Positions 11,022-20,738 of a stretch of DNA of 64,000 nucleotides are shown piece by piece. Origin of the DNA: a bacterium (GTDB lineage: Bacteria > UBP4 > UBA4092 > JAOAEQ01). A model generated the notes under the pieces. That model did not search any database. It was not told the origin of the DNA and saw only the letters and a list, made by a program, of their open reading frames with translations. The stretch covers positions 10,956 through 74,955 of the forward strand of contig JAOAEQ010000004.1 in NCBI GenBank assembly GCA_026416715.1, written 5' to 3'. Positions within the stretch are counted from its first letter, which is position 1. Every line of letters begins with the position of its first letter. A program made the translations under genes and the position numbers.

Positions 11022-11864
11022 TTATTCTATATTTTTCACCAATTCCGTTATCAAGATGCTTAAATTACAACTTGTTTTTTGCGAAATATCCAATACTTCT
11101 TCATGCGTCAGTTTCGCTGGAGTTATCCCAGCCCCGAGATTGGTTATGCAGGATATCCCGAGAACTTTCATTCCCAGCTCATTCGCAGCAATTGATTCGA
11201 GTACCGTTGACATTCCAATCATATCCGCTCCCATTTTTTGAAACATCCGAATTTCAGCCGGAGTTTCATAACTCGGACCCTTAGCACCGATATAAACTCC
11301 AGTTGCAACCTGTAACTTTTCTTTTTTTGCTATATTTAAAGCGAGTTGAATTAGTCGTTCATCATAAATCGGCCGACCCCATTGGGTAAAGTCATCTCCG
11401 AGTCGGATAAACATAAAATTTATCTGGTCTTTGATTATAACCAGAGAACCGACCGGAATCTTCGGATTCAATCCACCTGCAGCATTCGTTAATATCAAAG
11501 TTTCAACCCCTAGTTTAGCTAAAATTTGTATAGGATATAATATCGTTTCAACCGTATGTCCTTCATAGAGATGGAATCTACCCTGCATAATTGCAATCGG
11601 GATATTCTGGCATAACCCGAGAACAAGATTCCCGTGATGTCCTGCGACCGTCGGTTGCGGAAAATGCGGAATTGAAGAATAGGGTATAACCGTTTTAGAG
11701 CAATCAATAATCCTATCAGCGACATTGCCTAAACCTGAACCGAGAACAATACCAAGTTGGGGTAATATGTTGCATTGAGAATGAATATAAGCTACCGTTT
11801 CTTTTATTGCGGATTGTGGGAGCAAAATTTTAGAATGAAATTTTTGGATTTTATTCTTTCTCAT
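11022..11864 (-). CDS. Purine nucleoside phosphorylase (PNP family 2, PunA/MTAP-like)
   Basis: …GIVLGSGLG…ILTNAAGGLNP…GMSTVLE… motifs. Confidence 0.8.
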   Translation of the reverse strand: MRKNKIQKFHSKILLPQSAIKETVAYIHSQCNILPQLGIVLGSGLGNVADRIIDCSKTVIPYSSIPHFPQPTVAGHHGNLVLGLCQNIPIAIMQGRFHLYEGHTVETILYPIQILAKLGVETLILTNAAGGLNPKIPVGSLVIIKDQINFMFIRLGDDFTQWGRPIYDERLIQLALNIAKKEKLQVATGVYIGAKGPSYETPAEIRMFQKMGADMIGMSTVLESIAANELGMKVLGISCITNLGAGITPAKLTHEEVLDISQKTSCNLSILITELVKNIE

Positions 11865-12747
11865 ACGGTTTTCCGACAGCTGCCGGCGGTGTTGACCGAC
11901 CGACTATTCCCGCTAACGCGATTATTGTTAACAAATACGGTATCATTTGGATAAGCTGGGTTGGAATCGCATACCCAGCATTCTGCAAATGGATTTGGAA
12001 CGATTCCGCAAATCCAAATAGCAGACAGGCAGCCGTCGCCCCGAGCGGAGTCCATTTCCCAAAAATCATCGCCGCTAATGCGATAAACCCGCGACCGCTA
12101 GACATTCCATCAGTAAACTGATGCTGGTCGAGTGCAAGATATGCGCCACCGAGTCCGGCAAGAATCCCGCTGATGAACACACCAGCATACCGCATTCCGC
12201 TAACGCTAATTCCGAGCGTATCCGCAGCTGCAGGATGTTCACCAACCGCACGTAACCGTAATCCGAACGGGGTATAATATAGAATTCCATGACTGCAAAT
12301 AACGATTCCTATCGTTAACAAAACAAATGGATTGGTTACCGGAACCTGTTCCAGCCCTGGGATATCCCAACTCGGCAGTCCAGCAATCCGTTCGGAATTA
12401 GAAGCACTTCCAAAAATGATTTTTAACATAAACTTGGTGAGTCCTACCGCTAAAAGATTTAATGCTACTCCGCTAACAATCTGGTCTGCTTTATATTTCA
12501 CGCAAACGAACGCATGGATACTCGCTAGGATAACTCCGCCAATAATCCCGCCAATTAATCCTAACCACGGATTACCGAGATAATATACCAGTAACACCGA
12601 ACAAAACGCGCCGGTTAACAGCATTCCTTCCAGAGCAATGTTCACCACACCGGACCGTTCACTGAACGTTCCACCTAACGCTGCGAGTATATAAGGAACA
12701 GAAATTCGCAGCGTTTGTCCTAGCATGGTAAGCGTAAGAATGTCCAT
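11851..12747 (-). CDS. ABC transporter permease (BPD_transp_2, nucleoside/sugar BMP-type). Orphan: no ATPase or substrate-binding gene is adjacent.
   Basis: 298-aa polytopic membrane protein (…VNIALEGMLLTGAF…). It overlaps the PNP start by 14 nt, consistent with co-transcription. Confidence 0.65.
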   Translation of the reverse strand: MDILTLTMLGQTLRISVPYILAALGGTFSERSGVVNIALEGMLLTGAFCSVLLVYYLGNPWLGLIGGIIGGVILASIHAFVCVKYKADQIVSGVALNLLAVGLTKFMLKIIFGSASNSERIAGLPSWDIPGLEQVPVTNPFVLLTIGIVICSHGILYYTPFGLRLRAVGEHPAAADTLGISVSGMRYAGVFISGILAGLGGAYLALDQHQFTDGMSSGRGFIALAAMIFGKWTPLGATAACLLFGFAESFQIHLQNAGYAIPTQLIQMIPYLLTIIALAGIVGRSTPPAAVGKPYEKE

Positions 12748-12870
12748 AAAAAAATGATAAAATTAACCGCTGAAATTGCAACGTACGCTTATAAATTTTT
12801 CCACCGTATCAGCGTTCCCTACTGCGGCAATGAATAATCAATATGGTTATATTTCGAATTTGTGATTATT

Positions 12871-14325
12871 TTACCTTTGATAAAGGGTAATATACTTTTT
12901 CGCCGAGGCATCCCAGGAAAAATCTGCTCGCATCGCATTCTCGATTAATTTCTTCCACGCTGTTTTATTCTGATATACCGCTAATGCCCGTTGAATCGTG
13001 GTTAGGAGCGCTTTCCCAGTATATTCTTCGAAAACGAATCCGGTACCAGACTCGGTTGCAGGATTATAATCATCAATCGTATCCGCTAATCCACCAGTTT
13101 TCCGAACTATCGGAATCGTTCCATAGGCTAAACTAATCATCTGGCCGAGTCCGCACGGCTCGAATTTCGATGGCATCAGAAACATATCACTCCCGGCATA
13201 AATCAGTTTCGCTAACCGAGCATCAAATTTAAGGTTTACTGCAATCTTTTTCGGTGCTTGCTTATGTAATTCAGTAAACAACGCATGATATTTTGGTTCG
13301 CCCGTACCAAGTATCACTAACTGGACATCGAGCTGCAGTAGTTCTTGCGCAATTTCAGCGATAATATCAAATCCTTTTTGGTCAGTCAACCGGCTGATTA
13401 GCCCGATAACCGGAATATCTTTCTTACGAGGGATTGGCAATTTATTCTCTTTAAGCAACATGCGTTTATTTTTTTGTTTTCCGGATAAATCTGCGCGAGA
13501 AAATGATGCCGCTAATTCCGGATCGGTTTGTGGATTCCATTCTTCATAATCTATTCCATTGATAATCCCGAACAAATCGTTTTTTCGTTCAATAAGCACT
13601 CCTTCTAACCCGCATCCATATTCTGCAGTTTGAATTTCGCGACTATACTGTTCACTAACGGTGGTTAAGGTATCAGCGAATACCAGCCCTGCTTTCATTA
13701 AGTTAATATTATGATAAAATTCGATATATTTCGGAGTATACGTCCAGTCTGGCATCGCTAGTCCATTCAATCGTTCTGGTGGGAATATCCCTTGGTATGC
13801 AAGATTATGGATGGTAAAAACGGTTTTAACCCGATTCCAAATATATTCTTCGTTCGGATATATTTTTATATATGCTGGCAGTAAACCGGTTTGCCAATCA
13901 TGACAATGAATAATATCCGGTCTCCAGTTTAGATACTTGCATAACGCAAGTGCGGCTTGACAGAAAAATGCAAACCGTTCCGCATTATCCGGATAATCTT
14001 GTCCCTGAACTTGATATATTTCATCACGACCGAAATTATGCTCGTTCCCGATAAAATATATTTCAACCGGACTATGCGGGAGCACCCCTTGCAGAATAAA
14101 CGCTTCGTTCTGTAACGCTGGAGTAGGCCAAGGGATTGTTATTTTTGTATCACTAATTAACTGAAGTTGATAGCGCTGGTGATCAATTTTTTTATATTTC
14201 GGAATAACAATTTTAACTTCGTGCCCGAGTTTAGCTAATGCTTTCGGCAGCGAGCCGATGACATCAGCTAACCCGCCGACTTTCGCAAACGGTGCACATT
14301 CTGCAGCAACAAATAAAATTTTCAT
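12871..14325 (-). CDS. glgA: Glycogen/starch synthase (ADP-glucose type, GT5)
   Basis: MKILFVAAECAPFAKVGGLADV… N-terminus and GT-B architecture, 484 aa. Confidence 0.85.
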   Translation of the reverse strand: MKILFVAAECAPFAKVGGLADVIGSLPKALAKLGHEVKIVIPKYKKIDHQRYQLQLISDTKITIPWPTPALQNEAFILQGVLPHSPVEIYFIGNEHNFGRDEIYQVQGQDYPDNAERFAFFCQAALALCKYLNWRPDIIHCHDWQTGLLPAYIKIYPNEEYIWNRVKTVFTIHNLAYQGIFPPERLNGLAMPDWTYTPKYIEFYHNINLMKAGLVFADTLTTVSEQYSREIQTAEYGCGLEGVLIERKNDLFGIINGIDYEEWNPQTDPELAASFSRADLSGKQKNKRMLLKENKLPIPRKKDIPVIGLISRLTDQKGFDIIAEIAQELLQLDVQLVILGTGEPKYHALFTELHKQAPKKIAVNLKFDARLAKLIYAGSDMFLMPSKFEPCGLGQMISLAYGTIPIVRKTGGLADTIDDYNPATESGTGFVFEEYTGKALLTTIQRALAVYQNKTAWKKLIENAMRADFSWDASAKKYITLYQR

Positions 14326-14423
14326 ATAGGTATCTCCTCTAAAAATGGATTAACACATAGTTGAATCAATTTTTACCGTTTTTTAAGTATACCATATAAA
14401 AAAAGAATAAACAATCTCGAGTT

Positions 14424-14455
14424 AAAAAACAAACTCACCATTGGTGAGTTTGTTT
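14424..14455 (-). terminator. Intrinsic terminator hairpin (13-bp perfect stem, AAACAAACTCACC/GGTGAGTTTGTTT), flanked by A6 on + and T6 on -. Terminates queA.
   Basis: Perfect inverted repeat read directly from the sequence. On the minus strand the hairpin is followed by TTTTTT. It lies 78 nt downstream of the queA stop. Confidence 0.7.
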
Positions 14456-14532
14456 AAGTATAACAAAATCAGTACAAAACAAAAATAACCTAGCCTCATT
14501 TTGGTTGCATGTGAGTCCTCTGGAATTAAGTG

Positions 14533-15579
14533 TTAAATTATCAACATCGCATCACCATAAGAATAGAACCGATACTTCTCTCGGATTGCTTCTTGATATA
14601 CTTGAAGTATCTGCTCTCTACCAGCGAACGCTGAAACCAGCATTAATAAGGTCGATTGCGGCAGATGAAAGTTTGTTAATAAAGCATCAACTATCTTAAA
14701 CTTATATCCCGGATAAATAAATAAATTCGACCATCCTTGCCCTGGATGTATCCATCCTTGTTCATCAGCTACAGTTTCTAGCGTTCGAGTCGCAGTAGTT
14801 CCAACAACAACAATCCGATGTTGATTCTTTTTTGCAGTATTAATCATTTCAGCAGCTTGTTTTGAAACCGAATAATATTCAGATTCCATTTTATGCTCAC
14901 TAATCTGTTTAACGCGCACCGGCTGGAATGTTCCCGGTCCGACATGGAGGGTAATGGCAACGATTTTAACCCCTTTATTTTTAATCTTCTCGATTAGTTC
15001 TTCTGAAAAATGGAGCCCGGCAGTTGGTGCAGCAATAGACCCGTTGTATTTCGCATAAACAGTCTGATACCGACTTTTATCGAGTTGTTTAAGTTTAACG
15101 GAATCAGATTTCCGTTTAATATATGGCGGAACCGGCATTTCACCAAATTCGGATAATAACTGATTCCAATCCCCAGAATAACGAAACTCAATTTCACGCC
15201 GACTCCCCTCAAGTTTCGAAACGATTTTCGCTTGTATTTTTCCATTACCAATAGATAAAATTATTCCCGGCTGGCATCGTTTCGCTGGACGGGTTAATGC
15301 TATCCATCGGTCATTTTTAATCCGGTGGATTAATAATAATTCAATTTGGTTGCCCGATACCGAGTCCGTTGCCCATAATCGAGCGGGGATAACCCTGCTA
15401 TCATTAACCACCAAAATATCATTTGAATTTAGATACTCAACTAAATCTGGAAAGAGTTTATGTTCAATATTTCCGGTAGTTCGATGATACACTAGCAGGC
15501 GAGATTGGCCTCGCTTTTCCGTAGGGAATTGCGCTATGAGTTCTTTCGGTAGATAATAATCGAATTCAGCGGTTAGCAT
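14533..15579 (-). CDS. queA: S-adenosylmethionine:tRNA ribosyltransferase-isomerase
   Basis: 348 aa. N-terminus (…FDYYLPKELIAQ(F)P…RLLV…) and overall QueA length and pattern. Confidence 0.85.
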   Translation of the reverse strand: MLTAEFDYYLPKELIAQFPTEKRGQSRLLVYHRTTGNIEHKLFPDLVEYLNSNDILVVNDSRVIPARLWATDSVSGNQIELLLIHRIKNDRWIALTRPAKRCQPGIILSIGNGKIQAKIVSKLEGSRREIEFRYSGDWNQLLSEFGEMPVPPYIKRKSDSVKLKQLDKSRYQTVYAKYNGSIAAPTAGLHFSEELIEKIKNKGVKIVAITLHVGPGTFQPVRVKQISEHKMESEYYSVSKQAAEMINTAKKNQHRIVVVGTTATRTLETVADEQGWIHPGQGWSNLFIYPGYKFKIVDALLTNFHLPQSTLLMLVSAFAGREQILQVYQEAIREKYRFYSYGDAMLII

Positions 15580-15691
15580 TTAGGGGAAAAAGGATAATAA
15601 ATAGGGTTTCAACCTAGAAATTCCATGATGGGCTAAATCCCAAACATTTTATCCATTTATCATAGCTAATTTTACAGTTAGTTTCCATTGA

Positions 15692-16501
15692 TTATTTTCG
15701 GAGACCCAGCACATCCAGCATATCATAGATACCTGCAGGTTTATCCACAATGAATTTCGCAGCGCGAATCGCGCCAAGTGCAAAGGTATCCCGTGAACTC
15801 GCCCGATGCGTTAACTCGATTCGTTCACCGATTCCGCAGAAATAAACGGTATGTTCGCCGACCATATCTCCGCCGCGAACCGCATGAATCCCGATTTCTT
15901 CTTTCGTTCGTTCTCCGGTGATTCCTTTCCGACCGAAAACTGCTACTTCTGATAGTGTTCGCCCTAACGCTTGCGCCGCAATATCTGCAAGTTTATTTGC
16001 GGTTCCGCTCGGTGCATCCTTTTTCCCACGATGATGCGATTCGACAATTTCGATATCAAACTCAGCACCAAGCGTTTTCGCTGTCTGTTCAACGAGTTTG
16101 AATAAAAGATTGACTCCAAGACTCATATTCGGCGAAAACACGCAGGGTATTTGCTGACCGAGATTACGTAATTCATTCAATTGTGTAGTAGAAAATCCGG
16201 TGGTGCCGATAACCATCGGTTTTTTTGCATATACCGCTACGCCAAGATGGTCGAGGGTTGTTTCGGGGTTTGTGAATTCGATGAGCACATCGCCAGCATG
16301 GATTATTTTATCGAGAGTATCGGTTATCCGCACATTCAGCGCATTCCCTAACCCTAGGACTAAACCGATATCTTGTCCGAGTTGCGGATGATGCGGATGT
16401 TCTACCGCACCAACGACTTTAACTGACATAGTATGAACTGCGTTCGTAATAATCCGTTGTCCCATTTTACCGCACGCACCGGAAATGATTAGTTTTATCA
16501 T
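15692..16501 (-). CDS. dapB: 4-hydroxy-tetrahydrodipicolinate reductase
   Basis: MIKLIISGACGKMGQRI… NAD-binding N-terminus, ~269 aa from the internal Met. The track ORF extends 14 codons further upstream to 16543. The shorter start is preferred because it gives the canonical DapB N-terminus. Confidence 0.8.
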   Translation of the reverse strand: MIKLIISGACGKMGQRIITNAVHTMSVKVVGAVEHPHHPQLGQDIGLVLGLGNALNVRITDTLDKIIHAGDVLIEFTNPETTLDHLGVAVYAKKPMVIGTTGFSTTQLNELRNLGQQIPCVFSPNMSLGVNLLFKLVEQTAKTLGAEFDIEIVESHHRGKKDAPSGTANKLADIAAQALGRTLSEVAVFGRKGITGERTKEEIGIHAVRGGDMVGEHTVYFCGIGERIELTHRASSRDTFALGAIRAAKFIVDKPAGIYDMLDVLGLRK

Positions 16502-16638
16502 AATCCTACCCTCTAGAGCCCACAGATGAACACGGATATGCACTAACCAAACTAATCTGCGATCATCTGTGGTTAATATAGTTTGATGAAAATTCTACCA
16601 TGAAGATGTAAGACTTGGACAGTGATACAATTGATAGC

Positions 16639-18936
16639 TTACCGTTTCGGGATTATTGCTGCTGGAGTATCAAGTTCAGTTCCGAAATAAGACAGCTCAA
16701 CGGGAACATTTGGCTTAGATAAAGTTTTTCCTTCTATAGGGACTTCCCAACCGTTCGGTTGTTGTGCTCCAGTCCAGTTGTAAGCATCGTTGATACCGTA
16801 CCCATCAGGATATCGTTGATATGTATAGGTCGTATTACCAGAAGCTAAAGGTCCGCCATCGAACCCGACTTGGTCGAACCGAACAGTATTCTGATTGAAC
16901 AAGTAGAAATTATCACTTAAACTTAATCCTGCTGGATTCCCTGCAGATGTAGGATATGAGAACGTTAGATATGATGTTGAACTAATATATCCTGAAATTG
17001 TTAGCAAATCGTCTCCGTCTGATAACAGCCATCCATTCAGGTCAACTCCGTTCTGGCTAGAATTATATAATTCAATCTGATTTAACGGAGATAAAGCGAT
17101 TTCATTCAGTTTTATTGGTGAATCACCAAGGTTACTAGGATTACCTTGATTTGCGCTGCCGGAAGTTCTAATTCCGGTCATGTTGAAGTCCGCACCATCG
17201 TCATCGGTATCCGTTCCATTTGGTAACCGAGAAATAGAGATTCCTGCAGTCGGGTCTATCGGTGCTTTTCCTTGATTACCATAGGCGACCCGATCAATGG
17301 TTACCGATGCACTAGTTCGTAATACGATGATATCTCCATCCTGAGCAAGTTTACTCGAGGTCGATATTACCGAATATCCATTACCGAGAATATTCATTGC
17401 AGTATATGTCGTAATGACACCAGCTGAACTTGAAACCAGTTGCCAGCCAGATATGTTTACCGTAGTATTTTCAGCATTATATAACTCAATATACTCACTG
17501 AATTTCGCTTTAAACTCATTGATAACCACGCGGGGTAAACTTGCTTCTGTTCCGGTAGGTATACCCGATAATTCGATGGTATTTGTATCTTCATTAAACG
17601 CATAATCTACCGCACGGATAATATAATAATAAGTGGTACCGTTAGATACAGCTTGGTCAGTAAAACTTGTTCCGCTTATCCCCGTATAAATCGGTGTAGT
17701 AAAATCAAATATTCCGCTGGTGGTTGACCGATAAATATTGTAGGTGATAGGCGGGGTAACATCCGAGGCTGGAGCCCAGAATAAGTTCAACTTTCCGCCG
17801 GTGCCAATATCCACAACAGCGGTAATTCCGCTAAACGCTGGTGCGGTTATATCTGCTGTAGTAAGTTGCCGTATCCAAATAGGCGCTGTCCAGGCACTAT
17901 CTCCATCAGTTTGAGTTACTTTAACATAGTAATATGTTTCTCCGGGAACCGTTGGACGAGTGATGATGAGTTGAGTTGAACTAGTAGAAACATTTATCGT
18001 GGTTAATATCGAAGCTACTGCACCGCCGATACCATTTAAATCTCCATAAAGCCTGACCGTGGTAATTCTATCATTAATATTGGTATCCCATGCCGTAATG
18101 GTAAATGTTACTGTGCCGGTAGTTCGTGCATATTCTGACCCTTGAAAATGAGTACTATCGGCAACGAAAATAACTGCTAATGTTTTATCCTGAGTAGCGA
18201 AAATTCGCCGTTTCCGGAAAGCGTTCAGGATTTCGGTTTTCGTTAACGCAGTAGCTAATACCCCGGTTCGGTTCGGAGTCGATTTCCCCCAATTAGGGTT
18301 ATGATTATCTTGGTTAGCTGTTGGTGCGAGTTTCCACCCTTTGTTGAGAAACGTTTGAAATTCGGATTCGTAATTTGAGCCCCGGTCAGATTCTGTGGTA
18401 GAAGTAGAAAATGCGGGTCCGTTCTGAATTTCAACTGATTTGATATAATTTGCCGCTACCGTATTGTAAGCGAAAGAATTGAACATATTCGCTGCGTCCG
18501 GATGATTGAATTGAACGAACGCAACTTCCGGATGCGCAGGTAGCCACGTTTGGTAGAAGCTGTTCCATTTCCCATTTGGAATATTGACCCGACTGTTGGC
18601 TTCATATACGTTCACATGACCGGTATCGTAAGTGAAACATTCCTGACCAGCGATAGCGACGAATATTCCATCGGCATTATAACTACTCGCAGCTGATAAC
18701 AATGATGTATACGTAGCATCGGAAATCATATGATTATGGGGAGTGATGGCGAAGAAATGTAATCCTGCGGTATACCGAGCATAGTTAAATGCTTGAGCAT
18801 ACGTTCCGCTGCCATCATCGCCGCCGGTTACCGTATGCGAATGCAAGTTCCCGTAATAAATGTTATACCCAAAAGATATCGTAGCCCCAATGAGAATAAA
18901 CAATATACTTGTGAATAGTAGTAATATTCGCCTCAT
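16639..18936 (-). CDS. Secreted multidomain protein: N-terminal PHP-family phosphoesterase domain, an FN3-like domain and two lamin-tail (LTD) domains
   Basis: Start chosen at MRRILLLFTSILFILIGATISFG (signal peptide). The track ORF extends upstream to 19080. PHP motifs: NLHSHT…ITPHNH. FN3-like: …PPITYNIYRSTTSG…YYYIIRAVD. LTD-like: VINEFKAKFSEYIELYN…ISGWQL and KLNEIALSPLNQIELYNSS…LNGWLL. Confidence 0.6.
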   Translation of the reverse strand: MRRILLLFTSILFILIGATISFGYNIYYGNLHSHTVTGGDDGSGTYAQAFNYARYTAGLHFFAITPHNHMISDATYTSLLSAASSYNADGIFVAIAGQECFTYDTGHVNVYEANSRVNIPNGKWNSFYQTWLPAHPEVAFVQFNHPDAANMFNSFAYNTVAANYIKSVEIQNGPAFSTSTTESDRGSNYESEFQTFLNKGWKLAPTANQDNHNPNWGKSTPNRTGVLATALTKTEILNAFRKRRIFATQDKTLAVIFVADSTHFQGSEYARTTGTVTFTITAWDTNINDRITTVRLYGDLNGIGGAVASILTTINVSTSSTQLIITRPTVPGETYYYVKVTQTDGDSAWTAPIWIRQLTTADITAPAFSGITAVVDIGTGGKLNLFWAPASDVTPPITYNIYRSTTSGIFDFTTPIYTGISGTSFTDQAVSNGTTYYYIIRAVDYAFNEDTNTIELSGIPTGTEASLPRVVINEFKAKFSEYIELYNAENTTVNISGWQLVSSSAGVITTYTAMNILGNGYSVISTSSKLAQDGDIIVLRTSASVTIDRVAYGNQGKAPIDPTAGISISRLPNGTDTDDDGADFNMTGIRTSGSANQGNPSNLGDSPIKLNEIALSPLNQIELYNSSQNGVDLNGWLLSDGDDLLTISGYISSTSYLTFSYPTSAGNPAGLSLSDNFYLFNQNTVRFDQVGFDGGPLASGNTTYTYQRYPDGYGINDAYNWTGAQQPNGWEVPIEGKTLSKPNVPVELSYFGTELDTPAAIIPKR

Positions 18937-19219
18937 GGATAACCCCGTAAAAAAATAAACTACACTAGCTCCTCCATAGAAAATTCTACCGCAACTACTC
19001 TCGATATTGTCTATGTCTGAATAGACACTGTGGTTTCTTATTATAATAGTAAGTATATCGTAATTTGCTAGGATTAGCAAAAGGAAATTTAGGTAAGAAG
19101 TAAGTTTGGAATAGCTAGAATGCTGATTGTACCGTTACTCAGGTCATATTGCGGATTGCAAATTGCGGTTTTTTGATTTAAGAAAAGGATTTAAGCGTTT
19201 TGTGGATTCCATTGATTTT

Positions 19220-20380
19220 TCACCTCTTTTTCCACGGTAAATCTGGTACTACCGCTGGTTCTTTAAACGGACCGGCGAGTAGCGCGTTAAATCCGGCATC
19301 GTTATTTTTCGCTAAATCATCGTAGGCGTAAAGGACTATGCCTTTAGTCCCGAACTCGCGAGTTAAATAAATATGCTGAACGAGTCGTGATATTGGGTAG
19401 TCCTCTTCTGAAAATCCATACGCGCGTAATCCTGGAAAAACATATCGGTTCCCAGTATATTTCAATGCAGTCTGGATATAACGATATACGATATCAGTAT
19501 GAGTATGGTATATCATTGGAATGAGATAATCTGCGATACCGAGCGAAAGCCAGTTCGTCCAATCCTGTTTATTATCACGTTTCGCCCAATCCGGATTCGG
19601 TTTCACCGCAACCGAGATTACCAAGTCCGGTTTCGCTTTCGTCGTTTCAAAATAGATTCTTTTTAGCAGCCCGGTGATTTGGTCGCATTGCCATTGTTGC
19701 CATTCGACCGGTCGTTGTTCCGGTGTGCGGTTATAGAGCATAAAAAACCGGGTTAAGCTCGGTTGGTCGTATGAATATTCACCGGGTACTTCGCCTTTAT
19801 CCGGATACCGAAAATGGTCAAGATGGAGTCCGTCTATTTCATAATCATTGACTAGCGCATAAAATACTCTACTCAAATGTTCTTGCACTTCCGGATGGCC
19901 AGGACTGAGAAAATTATAGAACCGTTTCGCATCCATCCGTGAGCCGGATTTTTCCACCATCAACCAGTCCGGATGTGCGCGATAGATATGTTCCGCTGAT
20001 TTCGGCAGATTCTTTTTTGCACCACTCCATACCGGATATACATTCACCCACGCATGAACTTGCAACCCTTTCGGATGCGCTAAATCGAGAACCATTTGTA
20101 ACGGGTCGAATTCCGGGTCTTGATTCGCGAGGTCTTCAGCGCGCGGTTCGAGATGCGTTTTATAATATGCATCCGCTTCCCCGCGAACTTGAACGAATAA
20201 CGCATTGAAATGATACCTAGCGGCTTTTTCAACGATCGTCTTGATATTATCCGGATTCGATATCGCCCATCGGGGTATCCATAACCCCCGTAACTCTTCC
20301 TGCGGGTACACCAGACTCGTTCCTACTATGATTAAAATGATACCCAATAGACTACATATTCTATATTTTCTAAATCGCAT
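19220..20380 (-). CDS. Glycoside hydrolase-like family 10 (GHL10, YddW/DigH-like) lipoprotein
   Basis: Signal peptide, then …GLWIPRWAISNPDNIKTIVEKAARYHFNALFVQVRGEADAYY… and HAWVNVYPVW, as in the GHL10 family. Confidence 0.55.
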   Translation of the reverse strand: MRFRKYRICSLLGIILIIVGTSLVYPQEELRGLWIPRWAISNPDNIKTIVEKAARYHFNALFVQVRGEADAYYKTHLEPRAEDLANQDPEFDPLQMVLDLAHPKGLQVHAWVNVYPVWSGAKKNLPKSAEHIYRAHPDWLMVEKSGSRMDAKRFYNFLSPGHPEVQEHLSRVFYALVNDYEIDGLHLDHFRYPDKGEVPGEYSYDQPSLTRFFMLYNRTPEQRPVEWQQWQCDQITGLLKRIYFETTKAKPDLVISVAVKPNPDWAKRDNKQDWTNWLSLGIADYLIPMIYHTHTDIVYRYIQTALKYTGNRYVFPGLRAYGFSEEDYPISRLVQHIYLTREFGTKGIVLYAYDDLAKNNDAGFNALLAGPFKEPAVVPDLPWKKR

Positions 20381-20738
20381 AATCGTCTATCGTAAAGCTA
20401 TAAGTCTACTATATATGGCTGATTGTTTATCCTATAATGATTATATATTATATCAGGATGTCTACGGAATATTTATATTAATTATAGACTCGAAAACGCA
20501 ATGGTTAACCGCGTTCTGTGTATCCCAATGATTGTTTCTATTATACAAACATACCTAAATGACGTACCATTGGTTCTCGTTGTGGGTTCAGGGTTTGAAT
20601 TCACCGAAACAGAAAAAACAGAATCAGAGTATATAGAATAAATAGACAGAAGCGATAAGATGAGAGTAAAATATATACCTATGTCGATAGTTAACCATCC
20701 CAGTATTTAACCGATGTATTGCGAGAAAGGATTGAGTT

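Noticed and set aside
19147-19174. ATTGCGGATTGCAAATTGCGG followed by TTTTTT looked like a plus-strand intrinsic terminator
   Set aside because: On closer reading it is mostly a direct repeat (ATTGCGG ×2). The best stem has only 3-4 Watson-Crick pairs plus wobbles, too weak to call a terminator.
20241-20531. 96-aa plus-strand ORF in the 360-nt AT-rich gap upstream of cdd
   Set aside because: AT-rich, low-complexity translation (…ILYFLNRIIVYRKAISLLYM…) with no RBS and no family resemblance. It is more likely non-coding promoter or leader sequence.
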